Made by a program: the position numbers and the translations under genes
Notes under the pieces: model-generated
What the model was told of the DNA's origin: nothing
Databases searched by the model: none
The model's input: only the letters and a program-made list of their open reading frames with translations
NCBI GenBank assembly: GCA_002269645.1
Contig: NIVC01002208.1
Coordinates: 17,892 to 81,891 of the forward strand
Direction: 5' to 3'
DNA length: 64,000 bases
From: Macrostomum lignano
Lineage: Eukaryota
Shown here: piece after piece, positions 25,101 to 39,303 of the stretch
Layout of the letters: every line of letters begins with the position of its first letter
Position numbering within the stretch: the first letter of the stretch is position 1

Positions 25101-28100
25101 AGCGAGATCTGCATGAAGTTCAGAACGAAAGTCATGGGTATGATGGCCAGCGTGGTCCACACAATGCACCAGTCCTTCATGGCGCTCAGGTAGTCTTTGT
25201 AGCTTCGATAGGCGCCGTGAGTTTTGCACTTGTAGGCCGGCTTCAAGGCTCGCTTATTGTTGGCGATGGCTCTGCAGTTTGGGTGAAGGTTTAAGTGTTA
25301 AGATCAATATAACAAAGTAAAAATTATGATGTAAAACGACTATCTACGAATTCAGTGGATTTTCCCAATGTATCAATCACTATGCTTTCCGAACATTTGC
25401 TTAAGCCTTCGTGCCATGGCTACTACAGGATAATCACTGCTCACTCGTAGAATAGTTCCGGTGGATCATGATCTCCTTCCAACCAAGGACTGCTCAAGTA
25501 GAAGGAAGGGAAAGTACATTTCTTGGAAAATTTTACGAGGAAGGTTCTACCGACAAAATACATCACGGAGATAGGAGGTTTTCATATTTCAGCACAGAAA
25601 TTGCTATCGCTTTTGATAGGAGGCAGACCCAGACAGAGCTCATCTTTTGATATGCCTTTCTCATAGCTCTATTGATATTCATAATAAAGCTTTTCGTTCA
25701 GAAAAAAGGATTCTACTAGCAATCTTGTCCTCCTTCGAAGCGAAACCTATTTGCCTTGACATCTCAGCAATTCCCTACAAGCCTTTCCATCTATAAGTCC
25801 ATCTATAAGCGACTTTCCCTAAGAATCCTAAAAATCTGATTGGATTTAGAAATCTATCTGTAACACATTTTGTTACTCAGTCATTAAGCTAAGGATGATA
25901 AAATGGATTCATAAAGCCAATGAGTCGAGCTTTGCCATGCATTTGATTTTTAGGCACAGTACATGTACGATTGTACGTATGATTTTAAATTTGCAGAATC
26001 CTATTTTCTAAACTAAAAGCTTTATGAATATCAATAGAGCTATGAGAAAGGCAAGAGATGTCAAAAGAGGAGCATTGGGTCTCCCTTCTATCAAAAGCAA
26101 TGTCAATTTTTGCGCTGAAAAAATGAAAACCTGCTTATCTGAATAAGTATTTTGTCGGTAAGTAAATCATGCCTCCTAAATTTTCCAAGAAACGTACTTT
26201 TCTATCCTTCGACTTGTGTAGTCCTTGAATCCAACCCTAAGCAAAGACCATTTTCTTAAGACTCGCATTTATCAGAAAAAGCATTACAGAGGAACATTAT
26301 TTTTTGCTTAGAAACAGGTTTTTTTTTATCTTGTTCACTGATGTGAAACAGTTATTTCTGTTATTGTCAATGGCTTATCTTCGGCACCGAAAGGCTGAAA
26401 GCACTCAAAAAGGTCGATATTTTTCTACTTCGTATAAACAATCTACAATAAGTTTCAAAGTAGAGTTGATTCCGTCTTAGTTGCTCACTCATTGTCCTGC
26501 TTGCACTCCAGGCAGAACGTCATGCTCTCGCAGGAGCACTTGTCCCTAGGATTCGCCATCCGACCCTTGGCTTTGCCGCACAGAATGCAGGAGTTCGAGT
26601 CCAGGGCCGCTCTGTATGGCTGCGGGAATGGCAATTGAATTTTCCGGATTTGTCGGTCGGCTATTTTGCAAGAGTAATTCAACATTTACGAGTACTAGCT
26701 ATGACGATTGATTGGTAGGATTACAACAGAAATGTGTAATTAAAGGCTAACACGGACCTTCAGATGGACAGCGTACACATCGTAGATAAGGATGGAAACC
26801 ACGGCGATGATCTCAGAAGAGCCAGTCGATATGACCGCCATGATCAGCATGACCACGATCATTAGTTCGCCCGGCAGGCCAAGTAGTCTCTGAGCCACTG
26901 CTGGCGGAACGAGTCCTAGAAGTGCAAGATTCGAAATTGAAACGCACGTCAGGTTAGTTCACCAAAATGAAAATTTAATCCAAGAAACCAATAGTCAACG
27001 TAGTTTTCTCAACCGTGCCCACCCTTGTCAATGTCAGCATCGGATAGAATAGGCTGGCCCTGCATGAAGCTCAAACTGATGTAGCCCAATCCCATCGCTG
27101 TGGCAAAGCAGAACGGTATGGCGAACCAGACCACGCCGCCAGACAAGAATCCAAGGGCGCCGGTCTTCGGTTTGGCGGCTACGCTGGACTGCCAGAAGGA
27201 CTGGTCGACGAATACGGTGCCGAAGTTGCCTGTCAATGAGGTCATTAATGATTCGATTAAATATTACTCTCTATGGTAGTTCAGTCCATAGATAGGATGC
27301 AGCCCAGATCTCGCCAAGAAGGGACGAGCGCTTTGTCTATACGACGACCTGGCAGCAAATTATACTGTACATTGCATACGAAGCTGGATTGACCAGCTAA
27401 CGCACGAACTTGACTGATAGGTGTACAGTCCACGCGTTTAAACGTCAATATCCCCATACATGATCAGATGATATCAGAATGATTTTGATGCTTTTTTAAA
27501 AAGCTTATTGCCAGAACCAAAACTTGTTGAAATCACTGCGCTTTCTCCAGACAAGGATGCGTTGTTCTTTCTTTAAGAAAAAATTGCTTTTTCATTCGGA
27601 GGTATTTCAATCAAATATTCCTGGTGCCTTTTTGTAGTGCAGCTACCTCGTACTTAAAGTTCTTACCGATAATATTAATTATGCCAAACATAAGACCGTC
27701 GATGCTAATAAGAGTCAAGTAGCTGCGACCCTCGTTTCCGACCGGGCCCGTCAGGCAGTCCACGTATTGGTAGACCTTGGCCACGGAGCCTGACCAAACG
27801 GGTTGCATGGGCAGTTTCTACCGGTTAATTAACAAATCATTTCATGAGCTCACTGGAAAACAGTTTACGTACCTAACGGGTTGCCCGGCGTCTCAACGTG
27901 GTACACCTGCATGATGCAGATCAGCAGAATGACAAACATGATGGACGTAGCACAGTAGCTCATGTAGAAGGTGGCGCCAAGTCCTCCAATGAAGGTGTAG
28001 GAGCCGATCACTGCGCACACCAGGCAGGTGGCGTACTCAACTGAGAAGTCTTTAATTAGGTTTGTAAGCACGGCTGTTCCGCCTTCATTAAGGTGAGGGG

Positions 28101-29367
28101 AGTGGGATAATGATGGCAATTCAGAATTTGCCGATTTGAATGATTTGAAGGACCAGCTTAAAAAACGTAGTTTCTTGCTGTGTTTCAATGTACGATGTTA
28201 TTTCTAAGCAAGAATTTGCTGGATAGAAGCCCGTCGGCACACAGTTTGGTGTACTCAAACACTAAACAACTGGGACAACTGCAATCTTTAATTGTCTTCT
28301 ATTATATTCACTCTTTTGTATCCAGTTTTTTGCAAACTCGAAATTAAAAAAATATTGTATTTCCCATGAGTCTTGATTGCAGTAGTCTTTGTGCCTTATA
28401 CTTTGATTTGTTGAAAATTAAAAAATGATCAATGGTAATCCGATACAACACAATGCGAATAACTGACAAATAATTGGTATAATACTGCTGTTGCCTCACC
28501 GAGCATCAACATCGACGTGACAATGATATTAGTGGCCAAAGCGAAAACGCAGAATGTGACGTGGGTCTTCTTGTCGAACCTGGCCCAGATCACCTGCAGG
28601 AAGGTCTTAGCTCCGGGCGCTCGAATCTTCAACTGTACGGAGATCATAGCAAACAACAGCAGCTGGATCGTGGCGCCAGACGCGTACCAGAACGGTCCGG
28701 AGATGCCGTACTTGCTGGCCACCGAAGAGGACTGGAGCAGAGTGGCTGCCCAGGTCCACTGCGACACCAGCGTTGCAGCCGTGAGGCCGACGCTCACGTT
28801 GCCACCAGCGTCGAAGGAGTTGTCGCCCGTGTCCTGCGTGGTTACATATATCTGGGATGTGATTTGGTCTTCTTGCTGACTTTGGCGCTTGGCTTGTGCC
28901 TACGAAAGAATGTTAGTGCTCCAGGATGCTCGCCTCCGCGGATTGTAAGCAGCACCAGCAAACTTCATTGACGAATGGCTGATTAGAGTTCACATCTCAG
29001 CTAAGTCTAAAGTTACATGTACGTCAAACACTGGGATAACTTAAGAATGTTTTTAACGAACTTAATGAGCTAAGCACTATCTTTATAGGATGAACGAATT
29101 GCTACCATACTTACGGAATAACAATTAACTGTAGCCTCATTTTTTGAAGCACTTGAATCTGCGTACACGACTCACCATCTGCTGATAGACTTGACTCGTG
29201 AGAAGCTGGAACAGCTTGGCCACCATCACGGATACGCAGCCGATGATGAACATGATCAGTAGGGCGTTTGACGAATCGAAGCTGGCCCGAACTCCAACCA
29301 CGGCTGTTGAAGAATTGACGAACTCGGAGGCGAGCTGCTCGCACTCTGGCGTGTCCGTAGCGTCCAT
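22170..29367 (-). CDS. DUR3: DUR3-like urea active transporter (sodium:solute symporter family)
   Basis: Exons (minus): 29367-29176, 28899-28500, 28082-27873, 27789-27667, 27229-27023, 26915-26758, 26619-26489, 25271-24726, 22485-22170; total 2283 nt = 760 aa + stop, all GT-AG and phase-compatible. Motifs VSQWTWAATLLQSS, YGISGPFWYASGATIQ, GNFGTVFVDQSFWQ, STGSSEIIAV, AGNLVS. Confidence 0.93.
22535..22812 (-). mobile_element. tRNA-derived CORE-like SINE (copy C) with (ATT)n tail, DUR3 last intron
   Basis: Colinear with copy A; tail GGGCAAGTGTAATCAATT(ATT)n on minus strand. Confidence 0.88.
25482..26232. mobile_element. Foldback/MITE-like element with about 235-bp diverged inverted arms, in a DUR3 intron
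   Basis: GCCTTTCTCATAGCTCTATTGATATTCATA (about 25655) pairs with TATGAATATCAATAGAGCTATGAGAAAGGC (about 26022); similarity extends out to CAAGGACT (25482) / AGTCCTTG (about 26220-26227). Confidence 0.75.
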
Positions 29368-30754
29368 TGCTACTCTTAAGCTCACTTTGCGGTTTTGTTG
29401 TTCTTCTGACCGAAGTAGCTGAAATTTTGTTCAAAACAGATGGAATACGAATAGCTTCTGTATAGAGACGATTGGTCTTCTCGCACTGTGCTCGAAATTG
29501 AATGTGACAAGAAATCGGAAACACGACGGAATCAACGCAGCTCAGAAAATGGAGGCCTGTTCTGGAGATATCGATCAGCGATATGCATGATGACAGACAA
29601 GCAAGCGACTGGGTAAGCTTGGGGATCTGTAATCGAAACAACCAGTTGATCTCGTGATTCTTTAGGGATTTTAAAATAAGCTTGGACTTAAAATGCCGAT
29701 TTGATATTCTAGAATGAGACTGGGTCTCAAACCAATCTCAAGCAATCGATAATACATCATCTCCCCAGCTCGATGGGAACACTTCCCATGCGACAGTTCT
29801 CACGGCTTTCGTAGTCTAATCAATGTTTCTTGAAAGAACTTGAATCTGAATTACATTTTGTGTCTGAGATACATGTAGGGTTGTACCTTTGAAAAAACAC
29901 TCAACACTTTGACCGTAGTAGCTAAGACCCAAGCCTCTCCGCCAAGAATCAGCCAGCATCACAAGTACAAAGCAGGGAGACGAAACAACTACATGGTTGA
30001 ATGAGCAGGCTGACTTGACAAATTAGGTAAATGACTAGCTGCTCTAACAGAATAGTTTCCAACTCAAACAGACAAGAAGAAGCACGCTTGACTTCATGCA
30101 TCAGTAAAAATAGCTCAAAGGAAAACCATAGGCAACTTACCAGCGTAAATGTTATGTAAAACCTCGGACTTGACCTGAATGATGATTAGCGCGTGAAAAA
30201 TATCCAGCATTTATTCCAGTTTCTTGTATACATAGAAAATTCTAATGTGGGTAGAGAGGGATGCTGCCCCATCCGCAGCCAATCGCGTATCGCGGATTAG
30301 AAAATCATCGACGTGGATGGCTTGAACAACTCCAATCGCACATTTCTTCATGAAGCCTGTAGGATTTGTGTGATTTTACAATAATATTTAAATTAGTATT
30401 AGGCCCAGTCGCTAAAGAAGGAAATAAAAACGTTCTTAGAAGCCAGATAAACGATGTGTAAAACGTAAAGTAGAGTTGAAGCCTTGAGGGAAAATATATG
30501 CTAGAGGGTCGAAGGCGAATAAATATTTCCTATGAAAAACACAGTAGCGACCGTTTAGATATAGAATGTTGCTATTCAAAGTGAGTTGGTCTTGTGAACA
30601 GTGTCACAGGGCGCGCTTCAGGGCTTGATTGCGAACTTAGAGGTCGACCGAATCTGGGGCGCCGGCGTCAGCCAGCAGAAAGTGTTTAAAAAGCGTCAAA
30701 ATGATAAAACATCCAGCATAAGGACTTCTATACTGCTAGTAGTCCTTGATCCAG

Positions 30755-31495
30755 AATTGTCCAAATGACACAACTTCCAGCATTGTCCAACTGACACAAC
30801 ATCCAGCATTGTCCAAATGACACAACATCCAGCATTGTCCAAATGACACAACATCCAGCATTGTCCAAATGACACAACATCCAGCATTGTCCAAATGACA
30901 CAACATCCAGCATTGCCCAAATGACACAACATCCAGCATTGTCCAAATGACTCAACATCCAGCATTGTCCAAATGACACAACATCCAGCATTGTCCAAAT
31001 GACACAACATCCAGCATTGTCCAAATGACACAACATCCAGCATTGCCCAAATGACACAACTTCCAGCATTGTCCAAATGACACAACATCCAGCATTGTCC
31101 AAATGACACAACATCCAGCATTGTCCAAATGACACAACATCCAGCATTGTCCAAATGACACAACATCCAGCATTGTCCAAATGACACAACATCCAGCATT
31201 GTCCAAATGACACAACATCCAGCATTGTCCAAATGACACAACATCCAGCATTGTCCAAATGACACAACATCCAGCATTGCCCAAATGACACAACTTCCAG
31301 CATTGTCCAAATGACACAACATCCAGCATTGTCCAAATGACACAACATCCAGCATTGTCCAAATGACACAACATCCAGCATTGTCCAAATGACACAACAT
31401 CCAGCATTGCCCAAATGACACAACTTCCAGCATTGCCCAAATGACACAACATCCAGCATTGTCCAAATGACACAACTTCCAGCATTGCCTAAATG
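30755..31495. repeat. 26-bp minisatellite (CAACATCCAGCATTGTCCAAATGACA), about 28 units
   Basis: Direct tandem units. Confidence 0.97.
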
Positions 31496-32178
31496 AGCAA
31501 TTTTTATGCATCTATGTTTAACTTTATGAAAGTACGAGTCATTCCTCATTCGTAAATTTCATATAAGCAGATTTTCAATGCATCACTAGCTTCAGTAGTA
31601 TGAAGAGTGCTGCCTACCGAGCAACAGACGAGTGTTCAAGCTCGTAAGTGTAACAAAAGTAGGTCAGCTGACATTTTATTGCTGCCTTGAAGAGAGCCCT
31701 AGTCCGGCTTTAAGCTTCTGGCTCTCCGACAAACCGCACCATTGTTTGCCTCTCAGACTGGCGACAGTCATTGACTGTTCAAATGGTCTCACCATGACTC
31801 CGCGATACCCAGACAGGCCATGGAGCTCTAGAGTTACCGATTCGGAGTGGAAACCAACTGCACCCACCCCAAACCCCAGTTTTACAATCGAATGCAGCTC
31901 TGCTGTTCGCACGAGTTCGGCAGGCTATGGTGAAATGCAGCTGACTCTCTGATCTTCACTCCAGGTTCTTAGTTCCAGAACTCCGTGGACAAGCGGGGAC
32001 TGCGAGAGGCAGGTAGTCCGCAAGCCAGCCCTGTCTGCTGTCTCTTTCTTTTCTATCCAGGCAAGCCGACAAAAGAACCAGCTGCCATCCAGAAAGCAGA
32101 CGTTGACTGATGTCCCCCCTTCGGCCAGCGGACTGCGGTGGCTCCCGTCTTCCCCCGACCCATGCAGCCCATGCATGC

Positions 32179-33707
<1,529 letters not shown>

Positions 33708-34028
33708 ACAGTCTGCCCTGCACGATAAAAATTATTTTCAAAGTCTCGTGTTGCTAGATATTTTGTAAGAGATCGCCTCGAGGCAAGCAGCTGCAGGCTC
33801 AGCTAGTTAGTATGCCAGCACTCAGCCGCTGTGCTTGGTCATTGTCCGAACAATAGCAGCGCCTGAGGCGCCTCGGGATAGAAGCCCTCTAAGCCCGCCG
33901 CTTCTCGAATGCATCCAGTTTTGGCAGAACTGCATGCCTCAGGGGGTCGGTGAGCAAACCGGTTAGAAAACTGATGCAGCTGTGTCACGAATGCTGCAGA
34001 ACACGAGCTGCGGCGAGCACGTTCTGCA

Positions 34029-34080
34029 ACACGTGCGGCCCGTCTCCGACGCCCCGGGCCGGCTCTCCCATCCATAAATA
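34029..34080 (+). promoter_or_regulatory. Putative promoter of MSMB-like copy 1: E-box motif ACACGTGCGGC and TATA-like CATAAATA
   Basis: Motif 34029-34039, shared with copies 2 and 3; TATA-like box at 34073-34080. Confidence 0.5.
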
Positions 34081-34183
34081 GAAGCAGCTCAAGCGGGCCT
34101 GCAGTCAAGCCGCAGTCCATCAGTGCAACCGTTCTTACAAGCTCTCAGAGAATTAAAAAGCCCCAGAAATCAATCAGTCAGCC

Positions 34184-34678
34184 ATGCGCTTCGCTCTGCT
34201 GGCCCTCGCCCTCGCCTTCGCTCTACTGGCGGCGACGGTGCGCGCTGACTATGCCAACTTCGAAAACGCCGACGACGATTCCATTGAAGACCAGGCCGAG
34301 TCCTTCGACGATGTCGATGAGGCCGATGAGGCCGATGAGGCCGACGATGCTGACGAAGCGGACGAGGATGTCGAAGATGAGGAGAAGGAAGAGTGCTCGC
34401 CGGAGCCGAAGACCGAGACCAAGACCCTGGGAGGCAAGGAGATCCGCCAGGAGACTGAGAACATCTCCGTCCGTGGCCGCTGCATCCGCGTGCTGAAGGG
34501 CGGCAGCCCGGACGACTACACCACCGCTGGCAGCTGCTCGCGTTGCAGGTCCCGCGGCTCGGGCTACTACTGCCTTCCTTCGCCTCTGGCCAGAAGCCTG
34601 AAGTGCGAGATGGTGCTGGGCCCCGACTGCCGGCGGCACGAGGTAGACAAGTCCGACCCCACCAAGCCTTGCGAGTGA
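34184..34678 (+). CDS. Secreted acidic, Cys-rich protein, beta-microseminoprotein (PSP94)-like, copy 1 (164 aa, intronless)
   Basis: Hydrophobic signal peptide MRFALLALALAFALLAATVRA, D/E-rich spacer, 8-Cys domain ending CEMVLGPDCRRHEVDKSDPTKPCE; AATAAA at about 34779. Confidence 0.85.
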   Translation: MRFALLALALAFALLAATVRADYANFENADDDSIEDQAESFDDVDEADEADEADDADEADEDVEDEEKEECSPEPKTETKTLGGKEIRQETENISVRGRCIRVLKGGSPDDYTTAGSCSRCRSRGSGYYCLPSPLARSLKCEMVLGPDCRRHEVDKSDPTKPCE

Positions 34679-35124
34679 ATGAAGAAAAGTTTTAGCAAGC
34701 CAAATTAATTATTGGACTATTCCCATACGAACTATAAGTACAGTATGTCTTAACTTTCTTAGGTACTCGTATTGTACTAATAAAACGTTCTGTGGTCGAA
34801 ACTGACCAGCTCAAACAAAATACGCTCGTATTTATTGTGTTTTTACTCTATTTGTAACGATAAGAGTTTTAAAAAGCCTGCTAATTACTCCTAATAAACG
34901 TGTTCACCTGTAGTAGGTTGTGAAAGGTAGCTGTAGTCCCATGCACACTGCAACTACTAATCATTGTTTTTGTGAGTAGTACGAGTACAGCGTTCAGGTG
35001 TTTTGAGCCGTTTCTCTGTTGAAGATATACGGCTAAATATTTCCTAGATTTCCAATTTAGCAACGAATGTTGATAACGAAAAGAACATAAGGAAATTTAA
35101 GCTAATGCAACAATGTTATCGAAA

Positions 35125-36124
35125 GCTAATGTACCTGGTCAGTTATAGCTAATGTACCTGGTCAGTTATAGCTAATGTGCCTGGTCAGTTATAGCTAATG
35201 TGCCTGGTCAGTTATAGCTAATGTGCCTGGTCAGTTATAGCTAATGTGCCTGGTCAGTTATAGCTAATGTGCCTGGTCAGGTATAGCTAATGTACCTGGT
35301 CAGTTATAGCTAATGTGCCTGGTCAGTTATAGCTAATGTACCTTCCTTGGTCAGTTATAGCTAATGTACCTGGTCAGTTATAGCTAATGTGCCTGGTCAG
35401 TTATAGCTAATGTGCCTGGTCAGTTATAGCTAATGTACCTGGTCAGTTATAGCTAATGTACCTGGTCAGTTATAGCTAATGTACCTTCCTTGGTCAGTTA
35501 TAGCTAATGTACCTGGTCAGTTATAGCTAATGTGCCTGGTCAGTTATAGCTAATGTGCCTGGTCAGTTATAGCTAATGTACCTGGTCAGTTATAGCTAAT
35601 GTACCTGGTCAGGTATAGCTTAATGTGCCTGGTCAGGTATAGCTAATGTACCTGGTCAGTTATAGCTAATGTACCTGGTCAGGTATAGCTAATGTACCTG
35701 GTCAGTTATAGCTAATGTACCTGGTCAGTTATAGCTAATGTACCTGGTCAGTTATAGCTAATGTACCTGGTCAGTTATAGCTAATGTACCTGGTCAGGTA
35801 TAGCTAATGTACCTGGTCAGTTATAGCTAATGTACCTGGTCAGTTATAGCTAATGTACCTGGTCAGGTATAGCTAATGTACCTGGTCAGTTATAGCTAAT
35901 GTACCTGGTCAGTTATAGCTAATGTACCTGGTCAGTTATAGCTAATGTACCTGGTCAGGTATAGCTAATGTACCTGGTCAGTTATAGCTAATGTACCTGG
36001 TCAGTTATAGCTAATGTACCTGGTCAGTTATAGCTAATGTACCTGGTCAGGTATAGCTAATGTACCTGGTCAGGTATAGCTAATGTACCTGGTCAGGTAT
36101 AGCTAATGTACCTGGTCAGGTATA
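35125..36124. repeat. 23-bp minisatellite (GCTAATGTACCTGGTCAGTTATA), about 43 units
   Basis: Direct tandem units; same seed as 42862-43227. Confidence 0.97.
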
Positions 36125-37729
36125 GAAGCAAAGCCGTTAGAAGCAACGCAGAGTTAATGTTAGTCATAGAACAGTTTACTAAGGGATTGTAATGAAATTC
36201 GTATCCGCACCACTAATACTAGACAAGAACGAACATGTTAAATGCATTGCTTTTATACGTGTAGAGACACAACCGCATCCTTGAATATAGTTTGCTGACT
36301 TTATATAGCAGAAACAAAATTGCAAAGGTTTCAAAGAACATGACAGCAGCATGTGAGCAGACTCATAGAGCGCATCTCTGGGCCAGGGTGCGAACACAGG
36401 CCGTTCACAATGCACAAGCCTCCTATAGGGAACCATGGACATTGGACAACTGAAGCAGAAGGGCACTGCATCGATTTTCATAGAAACGAGCTGGATGCCA
36501 ATAAATAAATTATGTACATTTCGACGTCCTCATTGATGGCGATGGCAGCGTGGTCCGGCTCATTGCGTGGGGCAGATGACACCCGCGTCGACTACCCAAC
36601 CTGCACCGCTTGCTGGTTCGCGGCTACGGCGGCACCAGCCTCGTCAGCGCCGCTACCATCGACAACTTTCTCGGCAGATCGTCGTCGTCACTTTCGCGGC
36701 ACAGTCGGGCGAGCGGACGCAGATGCGACGTCTCGTTCGGGTGCGGCTGCGTCGCCGTCGAGTAGAAGCATCGCTTGGTCGAATTGGGCGGCTCAGTCAG
36801 TCGGAGGCGATGGCTGCAGCAACTGTTCAGCCTGTTCACACGCCGCGACCAGATCTTCGTCGGTCACTTCGTCGGCCCAATCTCTGATGTCGCAGTCCGG
36901 CTCGATGAGGATTGTTAGAAGTTGATTTAATGCACGAAAAATATTTATCATTATTACAATGCCGCTCAATAATCGGTTGTTCTTGCTTTACTGTCAAGGC
37001 GCACTCAAAACTATACTCAAAAGTCTACTCGGAATCGACTATTGAACCCCACATTTAGTTTGATCTGTAGAAATATATAATACACGGAGTTTGTGCCATA
37101 GAGTATCTCCGAGTTTGAGTTTATTATTCTAATTAGTATTGGTAAACTTAGTTATTGGGACGAGTCAGGATGAGGAACTCGAATGGTTCAATTCTGCTTT
37201 ATATCTGACCTTGTTTTTTCTCATTGCAGTAGACTGCAGTAGAGTAGACAGGTAGACAGGCTAGAATTTCTATAGTAAAAAGTAAGCGAATTGTGCACCC
37301 AAGCTTCACTGCTATTGTCGGCTGCTCCACCATCTAGATTCAGTTATTATCTAGGTAGACTCTATAGACCCAGCATCTGGCCTGAGGCATAAAAAAGCAT
37401 GCTCATACGGCACGTGCAAATGCAGACGGGCAGAATTCTCAGCACGAGTCTACAAACTCGAGACTTTTATTTATGGCAGCCCAACTAGTTAACCTGTTTA
37501 TATGCTATTCGGCTAAGCTGAATGTCGTACGATATTCCTGGGGTTCTTTCGTCGAGAAGAAACTTAGCTATACACGATAGCTATTTGATTAAAATAATCA
37601 TCGAATTCCAAGAAAAATGAGCATCTGATTTTCATCTGAATTTTCTTTCCTTGAGTTGGGAGTTCAGAGAGTCTGACAATTTGCTGTGTCAGAATTTCGG
37701 CGAGTCAAGACCTCGGAAAGTCACGACAT

Positions 37730-37950
37730 TCGAGTTGTCAGGACTTTCGGGTTGTCAGGACTTTCGGGTTGTCAGGACTTTCGGGTTGTCAGGACTTTCG
37801 GGTTGTCGGGACTTTCGGGTTGTCGGGACTTTCGGGTTGTCGGGACTTTCGGGTTGTCGGGACTTTCGGGTTGTCGGGACTTTCGGGTTGTCGGGACTTT
37901 CGGGTTGTCGGGACTTTCGGGTTGTCAGGGCTTTCGGGTTGTCAGGACTT
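37730..37950. repeat. 17-bp minisatellite (GGACTTTCGGGTTGTCR), about 13 units
   Basis: Direct tandem units. Confidence 0.95.
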
Positions 37951-38606
37951 CTAAGAGTCAGATACATGTACTTTAAAAGAAGTCAGGAATTTAGGGAGTC
38001 AGGTACACGTACTTTAAAAGGAGTCAGATACATGTCATACACCTTAAGGAGTTGGGTACATGTAATTTAAGGAATTCAATAACTTTGAATCGGTACGTCA
38101 ATTTTAATTTTGAATGGTTTGACTCTGTCCTAGATGAAATTCAATAGAATTTCAATGCCAATAAGCCAACATATTGGTATTAGTTGTCAATTACGTCATT
38201 CCTATTAATTCCCCTGAAAGAGAAGGCTTTTGAAACCTCAATATGCATAATGTGTTTAAGGCCTAAATCAAATGTTATTTAAGTTTCAACTAAACTTTTA
38301 AAAAGCTGCTATCCTTGGGGGGCTTATAAACATCGTTAGTGGGGTGCAATCAGTGCAGAACTTGCAGACTAAATGACAGATAGTTTGCAAGCAGAAGGCA
38401 TCGTATTTTCTGAGCAAGACTTGAGCAGGTCTTAGACCCCATATTGTCTGAGTTACACTGGCTCCAGAATTATTTAGCTAATTATTTTGCTGGCAACAAA
38501 AGCGGCATTGAAACTGGGTCAAGCAAATTGCGCCAATTACCCAGACACAAGCGGCCGAGAGAACAGAGCAACAGGGCAATTGTGGAGTGCCTTGGAGTCT
38601 GGGAGT

Positions 38607-38702
38607 GCCGCACGTGTCACGGCAGCGCTCTGGGCATGAATAGGCTATACGAGCCAGGCCTGAGCGGTGAGGGCCAAACCCCAGCTCACTGGTGTCTATA
38701 AA
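38607..38702 (+). promoter_or_regulatory. Putative promoter of MSMB-like copy 2: inverted ACACGTGCGGC motif and TATAAA
   Basis: GCCGCACGTGT at 38607-38617; TATAAA at 38697-38702. Confidence 0.55.
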
Positions 38703-38791
38703 TGCGCTCAAGCCAGCCAGCAGCCGAGCCATGAGCACCTCTAAGGCAGCCGTTTCTGAGCAGTTCTCAAAAAACCACTACAAAATTAGCC

Positions 38792-39303
38792 ATGCGTTTC
38801 GCCCTGCTGGCCCTCGCCCTCGCTTTCGCTCTCCTGGCGGTGACGGTGCGCGCTGAAGATGCCGACTTCGAAAACGACAACGACTTCGCCGAGAACCAGG
38901 CCGAGTCCTACGATGATGTCGACCAGGCCGACGAAGCTGACGAAGCCGACGACGACTACGACGATGCTGACGGCCTTGAAGACGCTGACGACTATGTTGA
39001 TGAGGAGGAGAAGGCCGGGTGCTCGCCGGATCCGAGGACCGAAACCAAGACCCTGGGCGGCAAGCACATCCGCCAGGAGACCGAGAACATCTCCGTCAAG
39101 GGCGGCTGCGTCCGCGTGCTGAAGGGCGGCAACCCATCCAGCTACACCATGGCTGGCAGCTGCGCGACCTGCACATCCAGCGGTGGACATAGCCGCTGCC
39201 TTGGCGCCCCGCTGGCCATGAGCATGAAGTGCAACATGGTGCTGGGCCCGACTGCAAGCGGTACTCCGTTGACAAGTCGGATCCCACCAAGCCTTGCGAA
39301 TAA
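38792..39303 (+). CDS. Secreted PSP94-like protein, copy 2 (diverged paralogue; apparent 1-bp deletion near the C-terminus)
   Basis: Same architecture. GGGCCCGAC at about 39244-39252 versus GGGCCCCGAC in copies 1 and 3; restoring one C gives GPDCKRYSVDKSDPTKPCE* ending at TAA 39301-39303. Confidence 0.82.

Noticed and set aside
31600-32170. GC-rich stretch with short ORFs before the GATA run
   Set aside because: Stops in all plausible frames and no recognisable motif; possibly a TE relic but unsupported.
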